From the NCBI GenBank assembly GCA_017445925.1, contig JAFSRW010000049.1:6384-70383 (forward strand): a stretch of 64,000 nucleotides of DNA, read 5' to 3'. Positions 17,599 to 31,000 of the stretch are shown one piece after another. The translations under genes were made by a program, and so were the position numbers. The notes under the pieces are model-generated. The model was not told where the DNA came from and did no database searches. It saw nothing but the letters and a program-made list of their open reading frames with translations. This DNA is from Bacteroidaceae bacterium. Lineage in GTDB: Bacteria; Bacteroidota; Bacteroidia; Bacteroidales; Bacteroidaceae. How positions within the stretch are numbered: the stretch's first letter is position 1; every line of letters starts with the position of its first letter.

Positions 17599-20346
17599 CT
17601 AAAGTCTGTAAATTATTCTGTACGTTCCGCTTTGGAGCTGAATGGGATCGGTGGCAGGGGACTTCTCATTCTCAGGGGCATCTATGCGGTCGCGCTGATT
17701 CTCGTTGTAGATTAGGCCGTAACGCATAAGGCCGGAGGGCGGCATCTCTGCAACCTTAGCCTTAAGCGATGCTGGGCATTCAAGGGTGGCCGTCGTGCCT
17801 GGGGGAATGGTTAGGCGAACATCGAAGGTGGTCTTTGAGAGGTTCCACTCAACTTTGATATCGCCGTAAGGAGTGGGCTTCAGAGCACGGACGAAATTGA
17901 TGCCGTCGGCCATCTGAGGTCGGATAAAGAAGTGGCGGTAGGCTGGTGCGTCCTCATCGGGAACAATGCCGGCCAGCGCCTGATAGAACCAGGAGCCTAT
18001 GCCGTTGTAGCAGTTGTGGATTCGGCTCCTTCGGGCATTCCAATGCTCCCATGTGGTGGTGGCTCCGTTCTCTATCATATACAGATAGCCTGGGAAGCTG
18101 CGCTGCTTAAGCATATCGTACATCACCTGCGCCTCGCCCGCCTTGGTGAGCCATTGGGTAACAATAGGCACACCCACAAGGCCTGTGAACAGATGACCTT
18201 CCCAACGACCATAGATGTCTTTTTTGAGTTGGCCATTTACCTTATTTGTAAGGTTCTCTGGCGTTGCGCCCACAAAGAGGGGAAAGGCGGCATCTAACTG
18301 CAAGCCGCTGGCATAGGTTGCATCCTTCTTATTATAGAATTTCTGATGAATCTTGCTGTTGATGTCCTGCTGCTTCTGCTGGTATAGGGCAGCATCATCG
18401 GTCTTACCCAAAACAGCAGCAACTCGCGCCATAATGCCATACACCCAGCTCATGGAACAACTGTTCACATCGTCGATACTTTCTGTATGATGCTGATGCT
18501 CCTCGTTGGGCAGCGCCCAGTCGCCAAGGAACCAATGCTTGCGGAATGAGGTGGGCCAACGATGCTCCAGACTCAGCAACCCATCGGGCATATACTTCTC
18601 GGTGTACTGCAAGTAGCGCTGCATATTGGGATAGTAACGCTCCAGCATCCGCTTGTCGCCATACTGCAGATAGGTCTGCCAAGGAGCATTGGCTATGAAG
18701 GCGCACCAGAAGGGTCCTCCGCCACAAGTCCAGATGGCTGGAGCCACATGAGGCACTTCACCGTCCTCGCCCTGCGCATCGCCGTAAGCCTGCAGCCAGT
18801 TCTTGTAGAGTGGATACATATCATACATGGTCTGTGCAGCTAGGATAGAAGCATTACCGTCACCTCCGTAACCTTGGCGCTCATGATGGGGGCAATCCAC
18901 CATATATCCGCTCTGGGTAAGACACTTAAAGGTATAATGCACCATGTTGTGAATAGCGTTGATGTCGTCGTCGTTGCAGACGAAGGCCGACTTTTTCTCG
19001 TAGCCCGTATAAATGCTCAGGCCCTCAATGTCCGAGAGTGCAGGCTGGTGTCCCAAGCCTTGAATCTTGATGTAACGGTAGGCATGATAGCTGAATTTGT
19101 TGCAGAACGACTCCTCGCCCTCGCCGCTGGCAATGTATCGGTCGGTATAAACACCGTGCTCGAAGTCGCCGTCCAATCCTAACATATCTCCGTAGCTGAT
19201 AATGATCTGTTGTCCCTTATTCAGTTTGCCAAAGTTGAAGCGTGCCCAGCCGACGATACTCCGACCCATATCCACCATCCATTTGTCGTCTTGGAAGCGG
19301 GTAATCTTCTGTGCCTGAACAGCCTGCTGAACCTTGTTGGGTTCGCACATCATTGGGGAAGGCCCCCTCCCCGCTCCCCCTTTGGGTGAGGGCTCAACTG
19401 ATAATTCTGAATTAACAACGGCCAGTTGCCATTCTGTAGCCTGTAGAGAGGCGTGGGTGAGGTCTGGGAGGAGTTCTTCGGCTTTTACCAAGTCGCCGCC
19501 AAAGCCGTAGGGCTTCATGGAGCCATCGAAATAATAGCCGCTTGAGCGAGCCTTCCACGTTTCATCGGTCTTAACGATGCTATTCCAATTGTTGTTCTCC
19601 AGCAGGTCTATCTGCGCCATCACATACGGACCGCCTTCCTTCACACCAGGCAGACCAGCATCGTACCAACCCGTTCCTAGCCAGATAACCAAGTCGTTCT
19701 GACCTTCCTGTAACAGATTGGTCACATTGTACGTCATAGCCAAACTGCGCTTGGGGAATTCCACCATAGCAGGCACCAGCACATCGTCGGACACCTTCTG
19801 GCCGTTCAGATAGACCTCGTGATAGCCAAGCGTATTGATGTGTAGAAAAGCAGGCTTCCCCTTGCCGCTAAAACTGAATGTCTTCCAGAACATGGGCTGC
19901 ACCTTGGGATTCTCACGCTTCATGCCAATGTACTGACCCTTCCATAGACTATTATCCAGAATACCTACGCTAAAGTGAGCACCCTTGGCCCAACCGCCAA
20001 CCTTATCATTCTGGTCCCAAGCACGAACCTGCCAATAGACCACGCTACGCGAGGTCAGCGCCTTTCCTGCATACGGTATCCACAGACTTTCTGTACTCTT
20101 TACCTTGCCCGTATTCCACAGGTCGGCTTTCTCTTCCGTAAGTAATTCAGGACTGGAGGCAGCCAGAATCTGATAAGCCGTCTGGCAAAGACCATTCTCG
20201 CCGGGCGTTATCTTCCAACTCAGCGCAGGAGTGGTGTTATCTACACCCCAAGGCTGATGCAGGAATTCACACCTTAAGTCGTACAGCCCAATGGCAAGCA
20301 ACTGCAAAGGCAGCAGACATGCAAGTAAGGAGAGCGTTCTTTTCAT
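17599..20346 (-). CDS. alpha-L-rhamnosidase (GH78)
   Basis: N-terminal DLRCEFLHQPWGVDNTTPALSWK and QTAYQILAASS..VYWQVRAWD are typical of GH78. ATG at 20346 (MKRTLSLLACLL signal peptide) is preferred to the track start at 20358. Carries a 30-nt GC-rich insert at 19361-19390. Confidence 0.8.
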   Translation of the reverse strand: MKRTLSLLACLLPLQLLAIGLYDLRCEFLHQPWGVDNTTPALSWKITPGENGLCQTAYQILAASSPELLTEEKADLWNTGKVKSTESLWIPYAGKALTSRSVVYWQVRAWDQNDKVGGWAKGAHFSVGILDNSLWKGQYIGMKRENPKVQPMFWKTFSFSGKGKPAFLHINTLGYHEVYLNGQKVSDDVLVPAMVEFPKRSLAMTYNVTNLLQEGQNDLVIWLGTGWYDAGLPGVKEGGPYVMAQIDLLENNNWNSIVKTDETWKARSSGYYFDGSMKPYGFGGDLVKAEELLPDLTHASLQATEWQLAVVNSELSVEPSPKGGAGRGPSPMMCEPNKVQQAVQAQKITRFQDDKWMVDMGRSIVGWARFNFGKLNKGQQIIISYGDMLGLDGDFEHGVYTDRYIASGEGEESFCNKFSYHAYRYIKIQGLGHQPALSDIEGLSIYTGYEKKSAFVCNDDDINAIHNMVHYTFKCLTQSGYMVDCPHHERQGYGGDGNASILAAQTMYDMYPLYKNWLQAYGDAQGEDGEVPHVAPAIWTCGGGPFWCAFIANAPWQTYLQYGDKRMLERYYPNMQRYLQYTEKYMPDGLLSLEHRWPTSFRKHWFLGDWALPNEEHQHHTESIDDVNSCSMSWVYGIMARVAAVLGKTDDAALYQQKQQDINSKIHQKFYNKKDATYASGLQLDAAFPLFVGATPENLTNKVNGQLKKDIYGRWEGHLFTGLVGVPIVTQWLTKAGEAQVMYDMLKQRSFPGYLYMIENGATTTWEHWNARRSRIHNCYNGIGSWFYQALAGIVPDEDAPAYRHFFIRPQMADGINFVRALKPTPYGDIKVEWNLSKTTFDVRLTIPPGTTATLECPASLKAKVAEMPPSGLMRYGLIYNENQRDRIDAPENEKSPATDPIQLQSGTYRIIYRL

Positions 20347-20351
20347 GGATA

Positions 20352-22913
<2,562 letters not shown>

Positions 22914-22928
22914 CTTGTTAATTTGATA

Positions 22929-25900
22929 TTATCGAATAATCATTTTCTTATTGTCGGTGATAACGATACCCTTCTTTAGTGAAGAGTGAAGAGTGAAGAG
23001 TGAAGAATTAATCTTTCGACCAGAAAGGTCATAGACTTCTCCTCTCCCCATAAGGGGGGAGTCGGAGGGGGTCTTTATTCCATCATAAGTCTCATCCAAC
23101 CCCTCCAGCCACTTTGTCAGGTCTTGCAACATCTGCTTGTGATGGGCAAAGGTGGTTTTGAAGCCGAAACCGTGACCACCAGATGAGAATGTCTTACTTG
23201 TAACAGGAACGCCGGCATTCTTAAGCGCCTGCCTGTACTTCAGGCTGTTGGTAGGCTTAACGGTAGCGTCGTCGCTGGCCCAGCATATATATGCAGGAGG
23301 GGTTTCTGAGGTTACCTGCTTCTCGTTGCTGTACAGATTCACCAAATCCTTGCTGGGATTCTTGCCCAACAGGTTCTCACGGGAGCCGGCATGCGTATAG
23401 CTGGACTCCATACTGATTACTGGATAGTACAACACCTGGAAAGCGGGCAGTTCATCACCCGTGAGATGGGTAGCTATGGTGCTGGCTAGATGACCTCCGG
23501 CACTGAAACCCATCACACCCACTTGTTTAGGGTCTATCTGCAAATCTTCGGCATTCTCACGCAAATATTGCAAGGCAGCTTTTCCGTCGTTCAGAGGAAT
23601 TTCTGGGTTACCGCCTGGAAGGTTGTACCTGAGCACGGCAACAGTAAACCCCAAATCACGGTAAAAAGGGGCCCAGTCGGAACCCTCATAACTACCTGCT
23701 ACGTACGAATAGCCGCCACCAGGGATGATGATAACCGACTTACCGTTGTTATTCTCCTCCTCGGTCCGAAAAACGGTCAACGAAGCTCCCGTTGGCAGTT
23801 GTGCTTCAAATACAACGGGCTGCTTGGCTACATAATTGCTGATAATTTCCAGCGCCTCTGTTGGGTCGAAGTCGCCTTCCTCCTGGATAGCTGTCTGGTT
23901 ACCCGCATCATGCGGAGTATAAGTGTTGGCGCAGATACCGGTCTCTGTACTGCTGGCGCTATTGAACACATAGCCGTCCATTGTCAGGTAATAGGGATAA
24001 GCCTCGGGAGTTCCAGTAAAGTTAACCTTAATGGGTTGCAGGTATTCGTTTGAGCAGATGATGTTACTCCAGTCGCTACTGTACGAGATAGGGTCGCGAT
24101 ACATGAACGACTTATCTGCTACACTATACAAATAGGTATTCCCCTCGTAGGTAATGAAAGCAAACTCGCCCTTTGTGGCACCAATGCCTGTCTTAACGGT
24201 ACTGGTAAGCTTACCGTCCTTCACCCCCATATCGCCACGAGTGGTCTTCATGCTGTACTTCTTGTCGTTCTGTGGCTTAAAAACGTTCCACTCTGGTAAT
24301 GGATTCTTTACCTCTATGCCGTCGGCCTTAATGAGCTCCAACAAGCTATTTGCCCAAATCTCTGCCAAACGCTTGGCACCGTTCACGTTGGGATGAAGAT
24401 AGAAGTAGCCAGCATTTCCGCTCTCACGGGTAAAGAGGGCAAAGTTGTTCTCGAAGTATTCCCAAACATCGCGTTTGCCGGCATACACCTGATCGTACTC
24501 AGCTACAATGGCATCCAGCACGGGATAATAGCTGCGCAGACGATCCAGACCTTCTTGCAGGTACATAGCGCCGTTATAGGTGCTAGGGCTGTACCAGATG
24601 GGATAGTTCAGCAGAATCTTGCAGTCGGGAACGGTCTCAAAGAGCTTATCGATGATGGACCTGATGTTCTTGCCATATACATCCGGATTTACAGGAGCGC
24701 CCTCTGTACCAGAGCAAGCACTGTCATTGGTACCCAGCATAATGGAGATATAGATATTTCCTCCGTTCTGCTTTCTGAAAGCTTTAGCGTTGTTGACAAT
24801 ACGAGTAAAGTCGTCCCTACCTGGCAGATAGCCGAATGTGGTGATGCCTGAATGTCCCCCATTATATACATTGGTAGTAACGCCCGTTGCCTCTTCCACC
24901 AAAGCACGACATACAATAGGCGGCGCCTGCGTAGAAGCGTTGCCAAGTGTGGCTCCTGCTGTGATGCTGTTACCGATGAAGAGCAGGTTGATGTTTTCCT
25001 TGGGATCTACTGGCTCTTCCTTGCCCTCTACTGCACGATAAACCTGGAAGCGGCCCAGCGAAACGAAAGGATTGCCATTGGCATCATAGCGATTGCTCTT
25101 TCCTGCATTGACAGTCTTTTTTACGATAAAACGAATGTCCGTGTAAGCAGCGCCTAAATCAATATGAGGTGACTGATAACGGTCAGGTGTCCAACCAGTG
25201 AAATCGTTCTGCATATCAGTCAGATGAGCAACTTCTGTCCATTCGCCAGGCAAATTAGCTGCTTCAATTACCATCTCTACGGGCGTGTCATAAGTCTGAG
25301 TCCATGTGGAACCTATCATAGTAAAGATGATGTGCTGCTCGGCTTCGTTCAGGTGAACCTGCAAATAAGTATCGGTACCAGCAGGCAGAGGACCAGGATT
25401 GCTCCAGGATGAGTGCCAGATAATCTGATTAGTTCCTACACCTTCGCTCTCAGGGCGCAACAGATTGCTGGGCGGGAATCCGTTTTCCGAGTTGTTGGAT
25501 GTTATCTGTGAGCCGTTGGTCAGCAACGCTACATCTTTCTTCCAAGAAGGACCTTGCGGTTCAGGATCGGGTTCGCCTAGATATGCCTCATAAATCTGGA
25601 AACGGCCCAATGACAATAACAGACCGCCAGCCGACTGGTGACGATTCACGTAAGTCTTCTTTACCAGGAACTTCACATCAGTGTATTTTGCACCCAGGTC
25701 GATGTGAGGCGAAGTATAACGCTCAGGGGTGTAGGACGTGAAATCATCGTCCATATTCTTCAGGGTGGTGATGGTAGTCCATTCTCCGCTGGGGTTGTTA
25801 GTAGCCTGTATCACCACCTCGGTAGGTGTATCGTAAGTGGCGCTCCATGCAGAACCTATCATAGAGAAGATAATGTGCTGCTCAGCTTTCGGAAGGTGGA

Positions 25901-26165
25901 ATTGCAGGAAGGGATCTACATCGGCTGTTATCATGTTACTTCCACTCCATGCCGTATGGTAGATATACTGATTAGTGCCTACACCATCACTCTCAGGACG
26001 AATAAGATTAGCTGCAGCAAACTGATCACTTTCCGGGGCCGTGGCCTTAATCTGCGAAGCATCTGTAATCAGCGCATCGCCCTTTTTCCATACTTTATCC
26101 TGTCCTTGCACAGGTACGCACATCAATAGTGCCATACCTAACAAAAATAATATCTTATTTTTCAT
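22929..26165 (-). CDS. multidomain secreted carbohydrate esterase: 2x discoidin/CBM-like, SGNH hydrolase, alpha/beta-hydrolase esterase, T9SS C-terminal signal
   Basis: Signal peptide MKNKILFLLGMALLMCVPVQG (ATG 26165; the track start 26174 is a TTG inside the array). Two ~190-aa tandem paralogous domains (LIRPESDGVGTNQ..SLGRFQIYEA). SGNH blocks LLFIGNSITAG and MLGTNDS. Esterase motifs IIPGGGY, GFSAGGHLA, SGGHGF. C-terminus VYDLSGRKI..KKGIVITDNKKMIIR. Confidence 0.7.
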   Translation of the reverse strand: MKNKILFLLGMALLMCVPVQGQDKVWKKGDALITDASQIKATAPESDQFAAANLIRPESDGVGTNQYIYHTAWSGSNMITADVDPFLQFHLPKAEQHIIFSMIGSAWSATYDTPTEVVIQATNNPSGEWTTITTLKNMDDDFTSYTPERYTSPHIDLGAKYTDVKFLVKKTYVNRHQSAGGLLLSLGRFQIYEAYLGEPDPEPQGPSWKKDVALLTNGSQITSNNSENGFPPSNLLRPESEGVGTNQIIWHSSWSNPGPLPAGTDTYLQVHLNEAEQHIIFTMIGSTWTQTYDTPVEMVIEAANLPGEWTEVAHLTDMQNDFTGWTPDRYQSPHIDLGAAYTDIRFIVKKTVNAGKSNRYDANGNPFVSLGRFQVYRAVEGKEEPVDPKENINLLFIGNSITAGATLGNASTQAPPIVCRALVEEATGVTTNVYNGGHSGITTFGYLPGRDDFTRIVNNAKAFRKQNGGNIYISIMLGTNDSACSGTEGAPVNPDVYGKNIRSIIDKLFETVPDCKILLNYPIWYSPSTYNGAMYLQEGLDRLRSYYPVLDAIVAEYDQVYAGKRDVWEYFENNFALFTRESGNAGYFYLHPNVNGAKRLAEIWANSLLELIKADGIEVKNPLPEWNVFKPQNDKKYSMKTTRGDMGVKDGKLTSTVKTGIGATKGEFAFITYEGNTYLYSVADKSFMYRDPISYSSDWSNIICSNEYLQPIKVNFTGTPEAYPYYLTMDGYVFNSASSTETGICANTYTPHDAGNQTAIQEEGDFDPTEALEIISNYVAKQPVVFEAQLPTGASLTVFRTEEENNNGKSVIIIPGGGYSYVAGSYEGSDWAPFYRDLGFTVAVLRYNLPGGNPEIPLNDGKAALQYLRENAEDLQIDPKQVGVMGFSAGGHLASTIATHLTGDELPAFQVLYYPVISMESSYTHAGSRENLLGKNPSKDLVNLYSNEKQVTSETPPAYICWASDDATVKPTNSLKYRQALKNAGVPVTSKTFSSGGHGFGFKTTFAHHKQMLQDLTKWLEGLDETYDGIKTPSDSPLMGRGEVYDLSGRKINSSLFTLHSSLKKGIVITDNKKMIIR
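22978..23005. repeat. (AGTGAAG)4 heptamer array inside the esterase C-terminal signal
   Basis: Four perfect units. Encodes SSLFTLHSSL between GRKI and KKGIV. Confidence 0.9.
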
Positions 26166-26169
26166 AATC

Positions 26170-26204
26170 TTCAATTTTCAACTTTCAACTCTCAACTTTC
26201 AATT
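26170..26204. repeat. family A heptamer array between the GH20 stop and the esterase start
   Basis: TCAATTTTCAACTTTCAACTCTCAACTTTCAATTT. On the minus (sense) strand it reads TTGAAAG/TTGAGAG immediately after the GH20 TAA. Confidence 0.9.
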
Positions 26205-27901
26205 TACTCCACTTCGTTGCAATAAACAAGGCCCATTCTGTCGTAAAGCTTCTCCAACTGCGGCAGACGTTTCTTCCAGTTCTCGAAGTCCTTCTGCTCT
26301 GGATTGCACCACTGCACCTCACTCATGGCACCCAAACGGGGCAGCAACTGATAGAGGGCGTGCTCAGGATAAGCCACATGCTCCGTCCACAAGTTGGCTT
26401 GAACGCCAAGGATGCACTCGCCCTCCTCCTTGGTCAGCTCTTCTGGAACAAGGGGTTCGAAGGAGTACATCTTAGAGCAGGAAACAACGTAACTGTCTGT
26501 TGTGCGAGGTGACTTGCTGAGGTCCTTCAACTGAGGATGGTCGATGTAAGAAAAGACGTTGGGGCTCATGATGACACGATGCTTCTGCTTGGCAGCTGCA
26601 ACACCACCCTTGGTGCCACGCCAGGACATCACGATGGCATCCTCCGTCAATCCTCCGGCCAGAATCTCGTCCCAACCAATCATACTACGGCCGCGCGATG
26701 CCAGGAACTGCTCAATCTCGTGGTTGATATAGGACTGAAGTTTGTTCTCAGCGCTGCGTCCGTCCTGACTTCCTCTGCCACCGTCACCCTCAACCTTAAC
26801 ATTTTCGGTGGTCAAGCCCAGTTCCTTAATCTTTGCCTGACACTTCGGGCACTTCTGCCAACGCTCCTTCGGGCACTCGTCACCACCGATGTGGATGTAG
26901 GGAGAAGGGAACACGTCGCAAAGCTCGCCAAAGACCGTCTTCAGGAACTTCAGTGTCTCGGGATTGCCGCCACAAAGCACTTCGCGCATCACACCCCAAT
27001 GCGGAGCAACGGGGTACGGGCCGCCCGTGCAACCCAAGTTGGGGAATACGTGCAGGGCACTCTGCATGTGTCCGGGCATATCTATCTCGGGTACCACATT
27101 GATGTAACGCTCAGCAGCGTAGCGAACGATTTCGCGACACTCTTCCTGCGTATAGTAACCACCATAAGGAATATTGTCGTAGAGGCGCACTTTACTTGGG
27201 GCAATGATGCTCTTCTCGCGCACACTACCCTTCTTGGCCAGGTCGGGTAATGCCTTCACCTCGAAGCGCCAGCCCTGATCCTCTGTCAGATGCCAGTGGA
27301 ACTGGTTGCATCCGTGCAGAGCCATAGCATCCAAGAATTGCTTGATAAATTCAACGCTGAAGAAATGACGACCGCAATCCAACAGCACACCACGATAAGA
27401 GAAGCGGGGCTGGTCGGTAATCTGCACGTAGGGGAGTTCTACGCTTTGGCCCTTGGCTATTGGCAGGCTCTTGCGAAGCGTCTGGGCAGCGCGGAAAAGT
27501 CCTGCGGGTTCGTAAGCGCTAATCTGAACACCCTCCTTGTTAACCGTCAGCGTATAGCTTTCTTTCTGCTGAGCAGTCAACTCGACGGGTTGTTTGCTTT
27601 TCTTACTCTTCTTGGCAGGAGCAATCAAAGACAGACTGATGGGAGCTTTCTTGTCTGCTGCTGTCAACTGTAGCTCAACGCCAGTAGCCTGCTTCACCCA
27701 TTCCTGCAAGAATTGGGCAATACGTGTGCTTTCAGCATTTCCCTCATCGTAGGCAATGCCCATACCGTTAGCAAGCGTAAAGAACTGAGTAGTATCCGCC
27801 TTCACCTCCTTTGGCAGAGGAATAATGTTGTAACTGGCACGCTGCGCCCAAGCGGAGAAGACACACACGCACACCAAAATAAGTAATCCTAATCGTTTCA
27901 T
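26204..27901 (-). CDS. beta-N-acetylhexosaminidase (GH20)
   Basis: ITDQPRFSYRGVLLDCGRHFF, FHWHLTEDQGWRFE, IDMPGHMQSAL and the HIGGDECPK catalytic D-E pair. Signal peptide present. Confidence 0.9.
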   Translation of the reverse strand: MKRLGLLILVCVCVFSAWAQRASYNIIPLPKEVKADTTQFFTLANGMGIAYDEGNAESTRIAQFLQEWVKQATGVELQLTAADKKAPISLSLIAPAKKSKKSKQPVELTAQQKESYTLTVNKEGVQISAYEPAGLFRAAQTLRKSLPIAKGQSVELPYVQITDQPRFSYRGVLLDCGRHFFSVEFIKQFLDAMALHGCNQFHWHLTEDQGWRFEVKALPDLAKKGSVREKSIIAPSKVRLYDNIPYGGYYTQEECREIVRYAAERYINVVPEIDMPGHMQSALHVFPNLGCTGGPYPVAPHWGVMREVLCGGNPETLKFLKTVFGELCDVFPSPYIHIGGDECPKERWQKCPKCQAKIKELGLTTENVKVEGDGGRGSQDGRSAENKLQSYINHEIEQFLASRGRSMIGWDEILAGGLTEDAIVMSWRGTKGGVAAAKQKHRVIMSPNVFSYIDHPQLKDLSKSPRTTDSYVVSCSKMYSFEPLVPEELTKEEGECILGVQANLWTEHVAYPEHALYQLLPRLGAMSEVQWCNPEQKDFENWKKRLPQLEKLYDRMGLVYCNEVE

Positions 27902-27938
27902 AAGGCTATAAAGGTTTTAAAATTGTTAGTTTTGTGTG

Positions 27939-27946
27939 CAAAAATA
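27939..27946 (-). promoter_or_regulatory. -7 promoter box (TATTTTTG on minus strand) for the GH20-esterase-GH95-GH78 operon
   Basis: Plus strand reads CAAAAATA, 38 nt upstream of the ATG at 27901. Confidence 0.45.
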
Positions 27947-27991
27947 CAAATAAAAAACGTTTCCCAAAGATGATAAACCTCAAAAAAATAC

Positions 27992-27999
27992 TATCTTTG
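27992..27999 (+). promoter_or_regulatory. -7 promoter box TAtcTTTG for the GH2 gene
   Basis: TAnnTTTG match, 29 nt upstream of the ATG at 28028. Confidence 0.45.
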
Positions 28000-28027
28000 C
28001 AAAAAAATAACGTTGACTTTAACTTAT

Positions 28028-31000
28028 ATGAAAAAGATTCTTTCTCTTTGCATTGCCACAACTGTAATGCTGGCAGGCTATAGCAAGGTTCCAACGGGCA
28101 CCATCGGTAACTATCCTGGTAACCCCGCAGAGAATTTTATGCCTAAACTTGTTAAGGCTGGTTCTGAATACCGTAACCTGGCGCTCATGAGGGCAGGGCG
28201 GCAGTCGTCGTCCTTCGACGTGAACCAGGCTGTTCAACTTGTCACCGATGGGCTGATGGCCAGTGAGGCGGACTTCCGCAGCACTTGGAAGAGCGCCAGT
28301 GGGAAGGACGAATGGATAGAACTGGATTAGGGTGCTATATGTAAGATTGATAAGGTGGTCTTTCATTGGCTCAATGCCCCTGTGGCTGGAAAGCTCTGCG
28401 CCTCGGAAGATGGCAAGAACTGGAAGGAAGTTGCTTTAATTCAAAATTCAAAATTCAAAAATCAAGATTCAAACTCTCAACTGTCAACTTTCAACTTTCA
28501 ACTCACCAAGGCGCGCTACGTAAAAGCCTTGCTGGATGTTTCTGCCGACGGGCAACCCTTCGAACTGGAGGAATGGGAAGTCTGGGGGCGTGGCGGCGTC
28601 AAGGCACAGCCTGTAGCTGCTCCAGCACGCAAGGGAGCCGTTCAGGAACTGGCTGGCGGAAACTGGAAGCTGGTGCGTGCTTCGGCACTCAAAGATACGG
28701 TTCAGTTAGGCGAACGACTCTCTTCGGCCAACTTCGATGATGCCTCATGGATGGTGGCTACGGTACCTGGAACGGTATTCACATCGTACGTGGCAACGGG
28801 GGCCGTACTCGATCCACGCTATGCCGACAACCAGTTGTTCGCCTCAGACTCTTACTTCAAGAGCGATTTCTGGTACCGCAATACCTTCAAGGCACACCCC
28901 AACTCAGAGCGTCAGTTCCTGCACTTCGACGGCATCAACTACAAGGCGCGCATCTACCTTAACGGGAAATACGTGGGCGGCATTGAATCGGCCTTCGACG
29001 CAGCACGTTTCGATGTTACGGGCCTCCTGAAGGAGGGCACCAACTACCTGGCCATCAAAATCGTCCGCAATCCCAACTACGGCGAGGCGAAGGTGCAGGA
29101 TGCTTTCTGGCCTAACCTGAACGGTGGCATTCTGGGAGGCGACAACCCCACTATGCACGCCACCATCGGCTGGGACTGGATTCCATCGGTACGCGGACGT
29201 AATATCGGTATCTATGACAAAGTGTACCTTCGCTATACGGGCAACGTGACGGTGGATGAGCCCTTCGTTCGTACCGAGGTTCCCCTGCCGGATACCACCC
29301 GTGCTACCATCATCGCCAGCGCAAAACTGTGCAACCACTCACAGAAACCCGTAACAGGTGTGCTTAAGATGCACTTTGGAGAACTCACCCTGGAGGAGCC
29401 GGCACAGTTGCAAGCCGGTGAATCCCGATTGATTTCCTTCAGCCCGGCTACGCTTCAGCATCCACGTCTGTGGTGGCCCAACGGTTACGGTAAACAAGAA
29501 CTCTACCCTGTAAAGTTCGAGTTCACCCAGGGAGCACAGCTCTCAGACAGCGTGAACTTCCTCTCCGGCGTTCGTCAGTTCGACTATGTAATGGAGAAAT
29601 ACACCCCACAGAGCAAGAGCCACTTCACGGGTCGCAATAACAATCAGCGACTCAGCCTGTATGTCAATGGTCGTCGATTCGTGGGCTTCGGCGGCAACTG
29701 GGGCTATCCCGAACTGCTGCTGAACTATGGGAGCCGCGAGTACGACATAGCCGTTGGCTATCACGCTGCCCAGAACTTCACCATGATTCGTAACTGGGTG
29801 GGGATGACCGACAACAAGGCTTTCTACGAGGCTTGCGACCGTTACGGCATCCTAATATGGCAGGACTTCTGGCTGGCCAATCCAGCCGACGGACCAGATC
29901 CCTATAACGTAGAGCAATTCAAGAATGTGGCCCAACGCTATGTCCGCCGCATCCGCAACCATCCTTCCGTTGCCCTTTATGTAGCCCGTAACGAAGGATA
30001 TCCTCCCGAGGAGATTGACCAGTTCCTGGATAAGATGGTACCCGAGGAGCATCCTGGCTTATACTACATTCCCCATTCTGGAGCCGACGGTGTGAACGGC
30101 GGTGGTCCCTACAGTGCCCTTCCCGTCAAGGATTACTTCACCCTGCACGGACAGGACAAGATTCTGAGCGAGCGCGGTATGCCCTGCGTAATGAACTTCG
30201 AGAATATGGCACGTGCCTTTGGCGCTGAGAATGTTAATCCGGTGAATACCGACGAGCATCCCAATCTCATATACGGATTGCACGACTACTGTCTGGGCGT
30301 GAGCGACAAATGGTCGGCCCAGGTGACACGTTCCTTCAACCAGATGCTAGCCAAGGCCTTTGGCGAGCCTGCCGATGCCAAGGAGTTCGGCTACCTGGCA
30401 CAGTGGATTAACTACGACGGCTATCGTGCCATCTTCGAAGCCCGTAGTGTGTACCGTCGCGGTCTGTTGCTTTGGATGAGTCATCCCACTTGGCCCTCTA
30501 TGGTGTGGCAGACCTACGACTACTTCTTTGAGCCCACCGGAGCCTTCTTCGGTTGCAAGAAAGCCTGTGAACCTGTTCATATCATGGTAAATCCGATACA
30601 AGACAGCGTAACGGTGGTGAACTACCACGCTGGCGACCTGAAGGACGTTACTGCTACGGTGCGCATCCTGGATATGTATGGAAAAGAGGTGAAAAAGCAG
30701 AGCAAGACCTTCAGCATCAACGAGGACCAAACCATCGGTTGCTTCCCACTACAGGTACCACAGGATATCACCGACGTGTACTTTGTGAAACTATCGCTCG
30801 CAAAGACCGATGGCACAGTGCTCTCCGAGAACTTCTATTGGAGGGGACGCGAGGAAGGCAACCTGCGCGCACTCCGAACCCTGGGCGAGACGCAGCTTAG
30901 CATGAAGACCCAGAGCCTTGGAAACAATCGCTACAAGGTGGAGGCAAGGAACATAGGCTCCGTGCCCGCCCTGATGATACGCCTAAAGGCTATGGATAGC

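Noticed and set aside
28328-28330. In-frame TAG in GH2 as programmed recoding (pyrrolysine or suppressor read-through)
   Set aside because: TAG is used as an ordinary stop elsewhere in the window (for example hflX at 35648-35650). No pyl genes or recoding signals are seen. A single TTG to TAG substitution at a conserved Leu is the simpler explanation.
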